Positions 1 to 9,060 of a DNA stretch of 64,000 nucleotides are shown here, piece by piece; position 1 is the first letter of the stretch, and the number at the start of each line of letters is the position of its first letter. The translations under genes were made by a program, and so were the position numbers. Where the stretch lies: IMG/VR virus record IMGVR_UViG_3300000439_000004, positions 32,001-96,000 of that record. One strand, given 5' to 3'. Below the pieces are notes generated by a model, which saw nothing but the letters and a program-made list of their open reading frames with translations, searched no databases and was not told the DNA's origin. The DNA is from a virus. Its lineage: Duplodnaviria; Caudoviricetes.

Positions 1-324
1 TTGGATATATGTGAAGCATAGTACTTTAATGTTCTCTCAATGTCATTAATACTAATCCATTCTTTTATTAGAATATTATCTAAAGTATATTGACATACGA
101 TTTTATTTTTTTTATTTTTAACTGATTTATCAATTAAAATTTTTATATTTTTATCATATTCCTCTTTTGATATATTTTTCCACTTATTATTATTAAAATC
201 ACCATTTTTAATTTTATTTTTCATGGTTTTACTCATTTTCTCTTTTGTTTAGATTTATACTACTACCAATATAAATTTGATTAGTTTCGGTATTTACTAT
301 TTTATATACTCCTGATATTATCAT
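1..324 (-). pseudogene. Decayed GIY-YIG/NUMOD homing endonuclease (frameshift or internal deletion; runs off window edge)
   Basis: ATG at 324 reads MIISGVYKIVNTETNQIYIGSSINL (GIY-YIG motif) then stops; another frame continues with NUMOD-like VCQYTLDNILIKEWISINDIER. Confidence 0.65.
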
Positions 325-383
325 AATAATAAATATTCAAAATATAGTTTAAGTCAATACATGGCCTTAATATATTTAGAAAA

Positions 384-802
384 TGATGGAAATTCTATGT
401 CTGTTAATTTTAAAGTTTAATTTTTAGAAGTAAGACAAAATAGATGGCCATCAATAATATTATTCAAAGAACTAATTTTTGTTATTGTAAATATAGTTAA
501 AATTTTTAAATAACAAAATAAAAAGGAAGGGAATTGTTTTGGTAATAACGTTACAAATGTTTAGAAGTAACCAAAAAAAACATTGCCTTCACAAAGGTTA
601 AAATGGTAATTGTGTTGGTATCGTTGCAGTAGCTCGGGAACCAGTCCCGAAAAATTGATTAGAAGTAACCAAATAATCAGTTCAGTTAAGTGAAGTGATT
701 ATAACACATAGCCATTTAAATATTTTAAGAACTAAAGTTTGTGGGAATTGGATTAGTGAATTTTTACCAATTAAAATAGAAGTAACTAATTCCGTTGCCA
801 CA
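384..802 (-). ncRNA. Array of four structured ncRNA units (384-453, 526-590, 601-717, 740-802) downstream of the Ro-like/TerD gene
   Basis: Shared minus-strand pattern GG-CNAY-stem-TACTTCTA-variable loop-stem-AATTH-CC; stems differ in sequence but keep pairing. Confidence 0.75.
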
Positions 803-832
803 TTAATATTTTTAATAATTTGATGGGTTTTA

Positions 833-2908
833 TTACACACCCATCAATTTTCCTGTTTCTTCGTATGAAGTCATAAAGTCTTCATATTTGAAGTAAGTAT
901 CCACATTGTCATCCAATGTTACTTGTTTACCACGTCCTTCAACGTGTAATAATACAAGGTCATAAACACTTACTTTTGGTAGTTTAGTATAATCTTCTAC
1001 AAGTTTCAATGTGTTTTTCATATCTCCTCTTGCATATGTTGTACCACTTGAGTCAATATCCAACATAATATACTCTTTTGTTACCAAGTCAATTATTGAA
1101 ATTAACGTCACTGAAGATGTTGATTCCAAAGATGAACAACTTGATAATGTTTCAGGTAACCAGTGGTCATTTGATTCAGGATGTTCTCTTTCCATGATAC
1201 CAAATGATGTTTCAACTGATTTCAATGATCCACCGTTAAAGTTTCTCACATCAATTACCGCATATTTGTATCCACGAGATAAAGCATCTTTCATATGAAT
1301 ATCAATGTACTCAGCACAAGCACCTCTTCTATGTCTAACATCACCTGAGTGAACTGACTTACCAACTCTTAACCTAAAGAATGATAACACATCGGCGGAT
1401 TTGTCACCCACAAATGTAACACTCAAATCCAAGTCTTCACTACCACGAGGGTCCATCCAATGTACGAAAGGTCTGATGACTTTAGCGTCTGGATTATCCA
1501 ATGGAGTTCTTTGACCTCTAACAGTTGGTTTAGAAGAGAAGTTCATACTTCTCATGTTAGTTGGTAAAGGAATCTTTTTCAATTCTTCATCAATCCAACA
1601 GTTACCCAAACTATCCAAGTTAGAGAATTTATCTCTTAATGTTTCAAATAATTTAGAGTGAATTGATTCAACAATATTATTTGATAACGCTGGTAAAGTA
1701 GGTAATGGAGTACGTTTTCTTGCCCCTTTAATCATTACTGATCTATCTGACTTCGCTTCCAAACGATTCTCAAAGTGGTTGTACACCTCGAACAATACCT
1801 TGTTTGAAGTACCTTTCACCGCCTCACTAAAGTAAGACATGATTAGTTCAATATTCTTTGGATTAGTACGGATTAACCAATCAATTCTTCTTGAGAATTC
1901 ACCTGGTCTTTCAGACAATACTTTTAAACCATTTTCCAAAGACTTATCAAATGCTTCATTCAATTTAGAATACCAAGTTTTCACTTTTTCATTTCTAATT
2001 TTGTTGATAGCATCGAATGCTTTAGGGAAAGCGTTCTTGTATTCACCTGCGTGTAATCCGTGCGCCAACTTAACCCATCTTCCACTCTTTAACGCCATTT
2101 CCTTTGGATCACAATTTGTTTTCTCCAATAAACCTAAAAGATATTTTCTTTCTTTACGAGAGAAACTTTTAAATTTGAATTTTTCTCTTTCAGGGTTGTC
2201 ACTCTTGTAAGAACTCCATCTGTTTAACCTAACTTGTGCATCAGGTACTTTTGGTAAAGAGATGTCACCACCTGATAAGTGTACAGCAATACGTAAAACG
2301 TCAGTAGTTGTTTTTACTGGTAATCCTTCAATACCCATACCTGCTAAGGTACAAAGGTTTTCTTTGAAAGGAATTACATCAGGGAAAACTAATTTTTGAT
2401 TAGTCTCTGCGAACCACTTAACAATATTCAAATCACTTGGAGTCAATGAAGTATTAATAGAAACCAAGTCAGTGAAGATTCTTTCAAATCTTTCTTGTGT
2501 ACCATATTTTATCATGGTATACTTGATTTTTTCAAACTTAATTGGTCTTTCGTATGTTACAGTACTAGGTTCCCACGTACCATTACTCCAATAATGTCTA
2601 ATAGCGTTAAAGAATAATTCTGAATCAGACTTAGACATAACTTCTTCAGGGAAGTTTTTGTACAATGCGGTGAAATTTCTTTTACCACCAGTTATTTCTC
2701 TCAAATAAGAGATAACTTCATCATTAAATTTTTGTATTTCTGATAAATCTGATTTAGATAATTCTGCAAATGCATCCTCATCTAACATGTAACCAAAACT
2801 CATTAAGTGAGCTTGTACTGTAGCGACTGGTATTCTGTTATCCAATCCATCATTAGATGGACATACCAAACCTTTTTGAAGAGCGACGATGTTTCTTGTC
2901 AATTTCAT
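833..2908 (-). CDS. Ro/TROVE-like helical domain fused to a C-terminal TerD domain (Rot-type protein)
   Basis: 691 aa; RPGEFSRRIDWLIR motif; TerD-like DLDLS...HSGD...AEYID motifs. Confidence 0.7.
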   Translation of the reverse strand: MKLTRNIVALQKGLVCPSNDGLDNRIPVATVQAHLMSFGYMLDEDAFAELSKSDLSEIQKFNDEVISYLREITGGKRNFTALYKNFPEEVMSKSDSELFFNAIRHYWSNGTWEPSTVTYERPIKFEKIKYTMIKYGTQERFERIFTDLVSINTSLTPSDLNIVKWFAETNQKLVFPDVIPFKENLCTLAGMGIEGLPVKTTTDVLRIAVHLSGGDISLPKVPDAQVRLNRWSSYKSDNPEREKFKFKSFSRKERKYLLGLLEKTNCDPKEMALKSGRWVKLAHGLHAGEYKNAFPKAFDAINKIRNEKVKTWYSKLNEAFDKSLENGLKVLSERPGEFSRRIDWLIRTNPKNIELIMSYFSEAVKGTSNKVLFEVYNHFENRLEAKSDRSVMIKGARKRTPLPTLPALSNNIVESIHSKLFETLRDKFSNLDSLGNCWIDEELKKIPLPTNMRSMNFSSKPTVRGQRTPLDNPDAKVIRPFVHWMDPRGSEDLDLSVTFVGDKSADVLSFFRLRVGKSVHSGDVRHRRGACAEYIDIHMKDALSRGYKYAVIDVRNFNGGSLKSVETSFGIMEREHPESNDHWLPETLSSCSSLESTSSVTLISIIDLVTKEYIMLDIDSSGTTYARGDMKNTLKLVEDYTKLPKVSVYDLVLLHVEGRGKQVTLDDNVDTYFKYEDFMTSYEETGKLMGV

Positions 2909-2945
2909 TGTTGTAAATTTTTGTTGTTATTTAATTGTTGTTCGA

Positions 2946-2953
2946 CAAATATA
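2946..2953 (-). promoter_or_regulatory. Bacteroidota-type -7 promoter element TATATTTG (recurs at 4591, 14560, 18802, 21656, 25517, 44840 and elsewhere)
   Basis: Matches the TAnnTTTG consensus just upstream of many minus-strand units. Confidence 0.7.
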
Positions 2954-3058
2954 GTAAATTTATTTGAAAAATAAAGTGTTTTTTAAAAAATATTTTTTTT
3001 TCTTTTTATTTCTTAATTTTTACAAAGATAAGAAAACTTTTTGAGTCTACCAAATATT

Positions 3059-3244
3059 TTATAAAATATTTTTTTCTTTTGAAATTTCTATTGATTCATG
3101 AAGACTTTCATAATGTTCACAGCCTAATATATATTTCACATCATTTAAAGTTACTTTAAAACCAATGACCATTCTTTTAGCTTGGTTAGTATCTGTTATT
3201 AAATAAACAATATCACCAATTTCAAATTCATTATGAATAACCAT
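3059..3244 (-). CDS. Hypothetical protein (FEIGDIVY SH3/KOW-like start)
   Basis: 61 aa ORF. Confidence 0.5.
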   Translation of the reverse strand: MVIHNEFEIGDIVYLITDTNQAKRMVIGFKVTLNDVKYILGCEHYESLHESIEISKEKNIL

Positions 3245-3257
3245 ATTAATTAATTTG

Positions 3258-3328
3258 TATTTCGTATCAGATTCGAACTGACAACTAATCTTTTAGAGAG
3301 ATGTATTTTACCGTTAAACTAACGAAAC
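3258..3328 (-). tRNA. Amber suppressor tRNA (anticodon CTA)
   Basis: GTTTCGT/ACGAAAT acceptor, D-loop GG, anticodon arm ATCT-CTCTAAA-AGAT, T-loop TTCGAAT. Confidence 0.75.
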
Positions 3329-3438
3329 AATTATATTACAAATATATGAAAACTTTTTCATATAACCAAATATTTTAAAACTGAACCTCGAACCTCGAAC
3401 TTTTATAGAAATGGGTATATTTATTATAAATACATATA

Positions 3439-4056
3439 ATGGAAAATTTAGAAGAAATCGTGAAATTAAGTTATAATAGTAAAAATTGTTTAGAAAATTT
3501 AGGGTGGAATATAAATGGTTCCAACTATGTAAAGTTAAAAAAATTAATTGAAAAATTTAAAATAAATACTGAACATTTTAAAACACAAGCTCAATTATCA
3601 AGAGAATATACTAATAAATCAAAAAACATAAATCGTTTTACTGTAAATTCTGATTTTAGTAGAGGTTGTGTTAAAAAACACATTATTAAAAATAAATTAT
3701 TACCTTATGAATGTTTAATGTGTAAAAATGACGGTAATTGGATGGGTAAAAATTTTTCATTAATTCTTGATCATATTAATGGTGTTAATAACGATAATAG
3801 ATTAGAAAATTTAAGATTTTTATGCCCAAACTGTAATGCAACATTAGATACACATTGTGGTGGTAATGTTAAAAATACTGATAACAAAAAAATATTAAAA
3901 ACACCAGAAGAAATAATCAAATTTTCTAGGAGATTAGTAGAACGTCCAGATTATAAAACACTAGTTAATGAAATAAATACACTAGGTTATTGTGGAACGG
4001 GAAGAAAATATGGTGTTAGTGATAATGCAATCAGAAAATGGATAAAAAGTTATTAA
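3439..4056 (+). CDS. HNH homing endonuclease
   Basis: CxxC...LDHINGVNNDNRLENLRFLCPNC plus C-terminal HTH (YGVSDNAIRKW). Confidence 0.9.
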   Translation: MENLEEIVKLSYNSKNCLENLGWNINGSNYVKLKKLIEKFKINTEHFKTQAQLSREYTNKSKNINRFTVNSDFSRGCVKKHIIKNKLLPYECLMCKNDGNWMGKNFSLILDHINGVNNDNRLENLRFLCPNCNATLDTHCGGNVKNTDNKKILKTPEEIIKFSRRLVERPDYKTLVNEINTLGYCGTGRKYGVSDNAIRKWIKSY

Positions 4057-4267
4057 AATCCTACTCTATCGTTGAGTTAACATGCCATTTTAAAAAATTA
4101 TCAAAGAACTGTTAAAAATTATGTAGTTTTATGACGTATTCAGTTTTTGTCACAGGTCTCATTCACTTTACTACATGTACCTTGATATTTGACAGAATAA
4201 ACTCCATAGGAGATTTGTCCTCATCCGTCTTTCATTGGTATTATGGACACCAGTACTGAAATTCCAG

Positions 4268-4339
4268 AGGTAAAGAAAGGATTCGAACCTTTGTAATAAG
4301 AACGTCTGTTCCCACACCTAACCACTCGGTCACTTTACC
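4268..4339 (-). ncRNA. tRNA-like RNA (Cys-like body) with non-canonical anticodon arm
   Basis: GGTAAAG/CTTTACC acceptor, U73, normal D and T arms; anticodon arm TGGGAAC-AGAC-GTTCTTA lacks a 7-nt loop. Confidence 0.6.
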
Positions 4340-4343
4340 ATAA

Positions 4344-4586
4344 AGTTCTTTAAAATATCTGTCACTCCAAGAATGTGAATAAACCTTAGTACGCTCCCTA
4401 CTTTGGGGAGAAAGGACTTCCTTCCAATGTACCTAAGTACAATCTAAGGTCGTTTATCTGTCCACAAACATCTCTCTTGGTTGAGATAACCCCGATGTGT
4501 TAATTCACAGTTACACCAACGGTCACCGAAGCCTATTATGTTGGTCAAGATTATTGTTTGTTTATCAGCAGATATTTTAAAGAACT
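4344..4586 (-). ncRNA. About 243-nt structured ncRNA closed by a perfect 18-bp stem
   Basis: AGTTCTTTAAAATATCTG/CAGATATTTTAAAGAACT termini, several internal helices, TATATTTG promoter immediately upstream. Confidence 0.7.
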
Positions 4587-4603
4587 GATGCAAATATAAA
4601 GAC

Positions 4604-4924
4604 TTAATTTTGATTCACCAAATCTTTTTTATTTATTTTTTTCTTGAACTCATAACCACGTTCAACACGTGCTTTATGTATTCTTCTTTTTTCCCTCTTC
4701 TCAAATTGATATGAGGTTAATAACTCGGAACTTTCTTTATGTAATTCCATTATTTTATCAAAGATCTCAATCTTTTCTTTTTCAGTTAATTCTTTTTTAT
4801 ACTTCCAACGTTGATAAGTTTTTTTATCCATGTTAGGTTCTAATAATTTATGAACTGAGTTTGAAAAACTACATTTAATTACTGTTGTTGGGTTTTGTTT
4901 TGACCCGTTGTTTTTTTGTGACAT
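4604..4924 (-). CDS. Hypothetical protein
   Basis: 106 aa ORF in operon. Confidence 0.55.
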   Translation of the reverse strand: MSQKNNGSKQNPTTVIKCSFSNSVHKLLEPNMDKKTYQRWKYKKELTEKEKIEIFDKIMELHKESSELLTSYQFEKREKRRIHKARVERGYEFKKKINKKDLVNQN

Positions 4925-4945
4925 TTTATTAATTTTTTTATTTTA

Positions 4946-5206
4946 TTAATACAACCTTGCGATTGTCTGATTATTCTCATCCGTTTCTAAAACCAAATTT
5001 GCTTTAAATTTGATACTCCCCTTTGTATGAGTGTTATTTGGAGTTTCTTTTGTTGAGAAACCAACACCGGGTTCTACAACTACGTGATGGACATAATGAG
5101 TGTCACCCCTACATTTAATTACCCACATTGGAATGGTAGGGTCTTCCAAATGTTTCTTGTTGAAGTGAAATACAATTTCACATTTCTTTTCTGTAATCTA
5201 CATCAT
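4946..5206 (-). CDS. Phage protein with an in-frame TAG at codon 3 (MM*ITEKKCEIVFHFNKKHLEDPTIPMW...)
   Basis: ATG ATG TAG ATT at 5206-5195, in frame with the track ORF 4946..5149, which has only a TTG start. Confidence 0.7.
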
Positions 5207-5217
5207 AACTGTTTGTT

Positions 5218-5559
5218 TTATTGTTTATTAAAATTTTTTAATGATAAAGGTAATGACGATGTTAATCTCCTTGTTTGTTCCGTTTCAAGGAAACAAATTG
5301 AAGTCAATTGATTGTCAATATCGGGTTCTGTGAAATAAGACACAGGAACGCCAATATCTTGAATTTTTGTTAATAAATTACTTAATTTTTCTTCTGAATC
5401 AATGGATAACGATATTAAAAAATTGTTATTCCATTTCTTAGCCAAATCATGATGTTCAAGTATGAACTGTGATACTGAATGACAACTTTGTGCCATTTGA
5501 TAACCTGGTGTCATATCACCTCTGGTTATTACTACAAGTTTATTAATCTAATGTGTCAT
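5218..5559 (-). CDS. Peptidyl-tRNA hydrolase 2 (Pth2)-like protein with an in-frame TAG at codon 4
   Basis: MTH*INKLVVITRGDMTPGYQMAQSCH...FTEPDIDNQLTSI: Pth2-like N-terminal strand, AQxxH and E-P-D motifs. Confidence 0.7.
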
Positions 5560-5611
5560 ATATAATAAGTATTACGTTGCAAAGATAAATCTAATTTTTC
5601 AAATAAAAAAA

Positions 5612-5860
5612 TTATTTATAAACTTTTTTATTATTTTTTTTCTTACTATCACGTTGTTTTTCGGAAATAGTTTTCTCAACTTTTTTCTCAACAAGTACTG
5701 GTTCAACTACAACCGGTTTAATAGTTTTTTTGTACTCAGATTTTGATACATATGACCAAGATCCACTTCTTACAGATAAATCTGCATCCACATCATTTAC
5801 CCTTTTAATTTCACCAAGTTCAACATTCTTGCCAACTCTAACTGATTTAATACACTTCAT
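5612..5860 (-). CDS. Hypothetical basic protein
   Basis: 82 aa ORF with upstream promoter. Confidence 0.6.
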   Translation of the reverse strand: MKCIKSVRVGKNVELGEIKRVNDVDADLSVRSGSWSYVSKSEYKKTIKPVVVEPVLVEKKVEKTISEKQRDSKKKNNKKVYK

Positions 5861-5951
5861 AATAATTTTTTTATTGTTAATTAATAATAGAATGCAAATA
5901 TAAGTGATATTATTGACATTATCAAATATTTATTGTAATAAATAATTTATT

Positions 5952-6905
5952 ATGATAATAAATGAATCAAAATTAAATGAATTAATAAGTGAGGAGATAA
6001 GTTTAGTTAAATCTGAAAAATTAAATTTAATTAAAGAATGTACAATTGCTGCAGTTAGACTTGATAATGGTATTATTTTGGCAAAAAATAGAGATAGAGG
6101 TTATGTTGCCAAAATGAAAGTAGTTCATGAAGTTGTTGATGATGTGGAAATGGTATATTGGATTGATGAGGATACCGATTGGTCTGAAGGTATGAATGAA
6201 TATGGTATTGGTATTGTTAATTCAAGTCTATTGGTTAGACAAGATGAAAAAGAAAGTGATAAAATAGAAAAAAAACAAAAGGATGGAAAAAATTATGTTT
6301 TTAAAGATCCAAAATTAGACGATACTGAAAATAGAAAGAAAGCGACTGATGGTTTTAAAATTAGAACAGCATTAAAACATAAAGAAATAAAAAATGTTGT
6401 TAAGTCGGTTATTTCATTCTCCGGTGATGATAAAAAAAATGTTGGTATTAAAGGTCAAACAATGGTTGGAAATAATAAAAACATTTATAATATTGAAGCA
6501 ACTAGTAAAGACACTTCTGTTGTAACAAAATTAAAAGAAGATAAAAAAGTCATGGTTAGAACAAATCATGGTATAGCACATGAAGTTGCTGGTTATACAA
6601 CAGGTATTAAAAAGAAATCTTCTCATATGAGAATGTTATTTGCAAAAGAATATTTGAAAAGTTGTAAAACAGATAGTGAAGTGTTTGAAAAAATGAGACA
6701 ACAATATCATAAAAACCCATTCTTCAATCCATATAGAGAAAAAAATGAACATAACATGCAAACTGTTGGTCAGATAATGTTAAATCTTGATAAAAAAGAA
6801 GTAACAATAAGGATGGATAAAAATATGGGGAAATTTCTAGGTATAGATAATAGACTACCAAATGGTTATGAACCGAAAATAAAAATAAATGTTATAAAAG
6901 AATAA
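5952..6905 (+). CDS. Ntn-hydrolase (peptidase C45/choloylglycine hydrolase-like) with N-terminal propeptide
   Basis: CTIAAV...AKNRDR...EGMNEYG...RTNH motifs. Confidence 0.7.
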   Translation: MIINESKLNELISEEISLVKSEKLNLIKECTIAAVRLDNGIILAKNRDRGYVAKMKVVHEVVDDVEMVYWIDEDTDWSEGMNEYGIGIVNSSLLVRQDEKESDKIEKKQKDGKNYVFKDPKLDDTENRKKATDGFKIRTALKHKEIKNVVKSVISFSGDDKKNVGIKGQTMVGNNKNIYNIEATSKDTSVVTKLKEDKKVMVRTNHGIAHEVAGYTTGIKKKSSHMRMLFAKEYLKSCKTDSEVFEKMRQQYHKNPFFNPYREKNEHNMQTVGQIMLNLDKKEVTIRMDKNMGKFLGIDNRLPNGYEPKIKINVIKE

Positions 6906-6928
6906 AGGTGGAAATTAATCCACCTTTT

Positions 6929-7702
6929 TTATTTATAAAACGCTGTATTTTTTGCTGGAGTATTTTTCTTATTCAATATGTTTATTTTATCATCCATTTC
7001 AAAATTATATTCACCATTCTTTAAAATGTTTGCTTTATACATATAACCCTTCTCAAATGGTGCGGTAACTCTAGTACCCTCATAAGATAATATTTCATAT
7101 TCATATGTCTTTGCATTTTTTTCAACAACAGAAAAATGATTTAGATCTTCAAAATTCATCATTAATATTTTTGGATTTTCACTTGAGTTAACAATAAATT
7201 CCAAAAATAAACCATCATCTTTATAATGTATTTTTACATTACTAGCATACTTATACAAATCATTATTTGTACTAAATTTATATTTGGCATCCTCATCAAG
7301 ATTATTAATATCCTCCATTAAAGAACCAAATCTTTGATTTCTAAATCCAAGTATTGGTCTATCTTCAATTTCTTTTATTTTTTCCTCAGTTAATGTAGAA
7401 TTCAAAGCTTCTCTTATTTTTTGATTTGCAGCTTCAACTTTTTCTGGATTTTTGGATACTAAATCTTTATTATTAAGTATATCCAAGGATACACCTTCTT
7501 TTAATGCTCTTTCATATTTATCTGCCTTGTTTAAAATATCATAAAACCTACTTTTTGTTACAAGTTTTATTTCATGTTTTTCTACTTCTTTTTGAATTGA
7601 AATGTTATTATCAATTCCATTAACAGTTTGACTTATATTTTCTTGAACTTTATTTAATGATACTACTGCACCAATTAAAAAATTTTTTATTTTATTTCCC
7701 AT
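6929..7702 (-). CDS. Hypothetical protein
   Basis: 257 aa ORF. Confidence 0.7.
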   Translation of the reverse strand: MGNKIKNFLIGAVVSLNKVQENISQTVNGIDNNISIQKEVEKHEIKLVTKSRFYDILNKADKYERALKEGVSLDILNNKDLVSKNPEKVEAANQKIREALNSTLTEEKIKEIEDRPILGFRNQRFGSLMEDINNLDEDAKYKFSTNNDLYKYASNVKIHYKDDGLFLEFIVNSSENPKILMMNFEDLNHFSVVEKNAKTYEYEILSYEGTRVTAPFEKGYMYKANILKNGEYNFEMDDKINILNKKNTPAKNTAFYK

Positions 7703-7897
7703 ATTACAATGATAGTAAAAAAATATTATTTAATAAATAAAAAAAGGTGGATTAATTTCCATCTTTCTTATTTCTTTCTTTTATTAATTTTAAAATTTCT
7801 CTTATTTTAATTTTAGACATGACCTTTTCTCTCAGAACTTTTTCAACTTCTGATTTGAATTTAATCTCATATTCCAATTTACTTAAAAAATCTCCCA

Positions 7898-8362
7898 TTA
7901 CAAACGAACTAAATGATTTGCAGCATAGGTCATAATTGCACCTAAGTGTTTATATCTGACTTTATAACCACAAGACTCAACCATACCAACCGCTTGTCTA
8001 AGTGTTGCATTAGATTTATATTTTGGATCTGGATTTAAGTCAATATCTATCCATTGTGGTTTTGGTAAACCATTATCTTTAAGATATTCAGCTAATTCAA
8101 TTGATTTCCAAACTTCAGTTAATAATCTTGTTGCAGTATTTCTCTCCATTGGAACTGTCTCACGACTACATAAAACATGGGCACCTTTACCCTTTGTATA
8201 TAATGCAATTACTACACCATATACTGTTTTTTTATTTCCATAACATTGTGAATCTGATCCGATTAAGATTTCTACATCTTCTCTGTTTGATAAGTAATCT
8301 TTTACATAATCAACTACATTTGGTATCGGAGTACCATAAAGTGTTCTAAATTTCCGTTCCAT
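7898..8362 (-). CDS. RNase H-like YkuK/DUF458 family protein
   Basis: IGSDSQ, EVWKSIELA, IDIDLN, AANHLVR motifs. Confidence 0.8.
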   Translation of the reverse strand: MERKFRTLYGTPIPNVVDYVKDYLSNREDVEILIGSDSQCYGNKKTVYGVVIALYTKGKGAHVLCSRETVPMERNTATRLLTEVWKSIELAEYLKDNGLPKPQWIDIDLNPDPKYKSNATLRQAVGMVESCGYKVRYKHLGAIMTYAANHLVRL

Positions 8363-8494
8363 AATTGTGTTTTTAAATAAATACTAAGTCATCTTTCTTT
8401 ATTTTTTGTTAATTAATTTAATTGTTAATTTCTTAGCCGGCATTACCCGTTTCCAGTTGTAACCAAACGTGGAGGTGAATTAACATATACAACT

Positions 8495-8660
8495 CTGCTA
8501 AGACAGGATTCGAACCATGTACGGTGCAATTAGGTACAGAACAAATAAGTTTTAACATTTTTAGTGGTCAATCCATTATTCTGTCTTTATTTTGTTATCA
8601 CCACCCTTTAGACAGAAGGGCGAGTCTGCCGAGACACTTAAGTCATTTCAACACTTAGCA
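8495..8660 (-). ncRNA. 166-nt expanded tRNA-like RNA
   Basis: TGCTAAG/CTTAGCA acceptor, TTCGAAT T-loop, hairpin in D-loop, anticodon-like arm with CTGTCTA loop, very long variable region. Confidence 0.7.
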
Positions 8661-8676
8661 ATATTTAAAAATTCTG

Positions 8677-8763
8677 CGGAGAGAGAGGGAGTCGAACCCT
8701 CGCACCGGTCTTACCCGATGTACAACTTAGCAGGTTGCTACATTACCACTCTGTCATCTCTCC
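8677..8763 (-). tRNA. trnS: tRNA-Ser(GCT)
   Basis: Cloverleaf, long variable arm, G73. Confidence 0.95.
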
Positions 8764-8774
8764 AATTTTTAGTG

Positions 8775-8845
8775 TTGTCCTGTAAAGATTCGAACTTTAA
8801 ATATAACATCCAAAATGTTATGTGTTACCATTACACTACAGAACA
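8775..8845 (-). tRNA. trnQ: tRNA-Gln(TTG)
   Basis: TAACA-TTTTGGA-TGTTA anticodon arm. Confidence 0.9.
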
Positions 8846-8987
8846 ATGAATAAACTAGCGGTCACATTCGTTACTAAGGACACTTACCCGATGCACCTGT
8901 AATGCATCAGACTAGTTAATTTGTGGGGGACTTTCACCCCTTGGACATGGTTTGTTTTCATTAAGTCACCATATCAACGGACCATTG

Positions 8988-9060
8988 ATCCAGAGACAAG
9001 CTTCGAACTTGCGACTTGAAATTTACAAAATTCCTACTCTACCAACTGAGTTACTCCGGA
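8988..9060 (-). tRNA. trnT: tRNA-Thr(TGT)
   Basis: GGAAT-TTTGTAA-ATTTC anticodon arm. Confidence 0.85.

Noticed and set aside
384-802. CRISPR array
   Set aside because: The conserved part is only short motifs within covarying stems, spacing is irregular, and no cas genes are in the window.
4050-4086. Intron-split tRNA around the HNH gene at 3439-4056
   Set aside because: A 5'-half-like sequence is present, but I found no matching 3' half or group I core; at most a remnant.
4344-4586. RNase P RNA or SRP RNA
   Set aside because: GGAAGGAAGTCC only loosely resembles their signatures; the RNase P P4 partner and the SRP helix-8 context are missing.
8853-8917. Hammerhead ribozyme
   Set aside because: CTGATGC rather than CTGATGA, paired within a stem, and no GAAA core.
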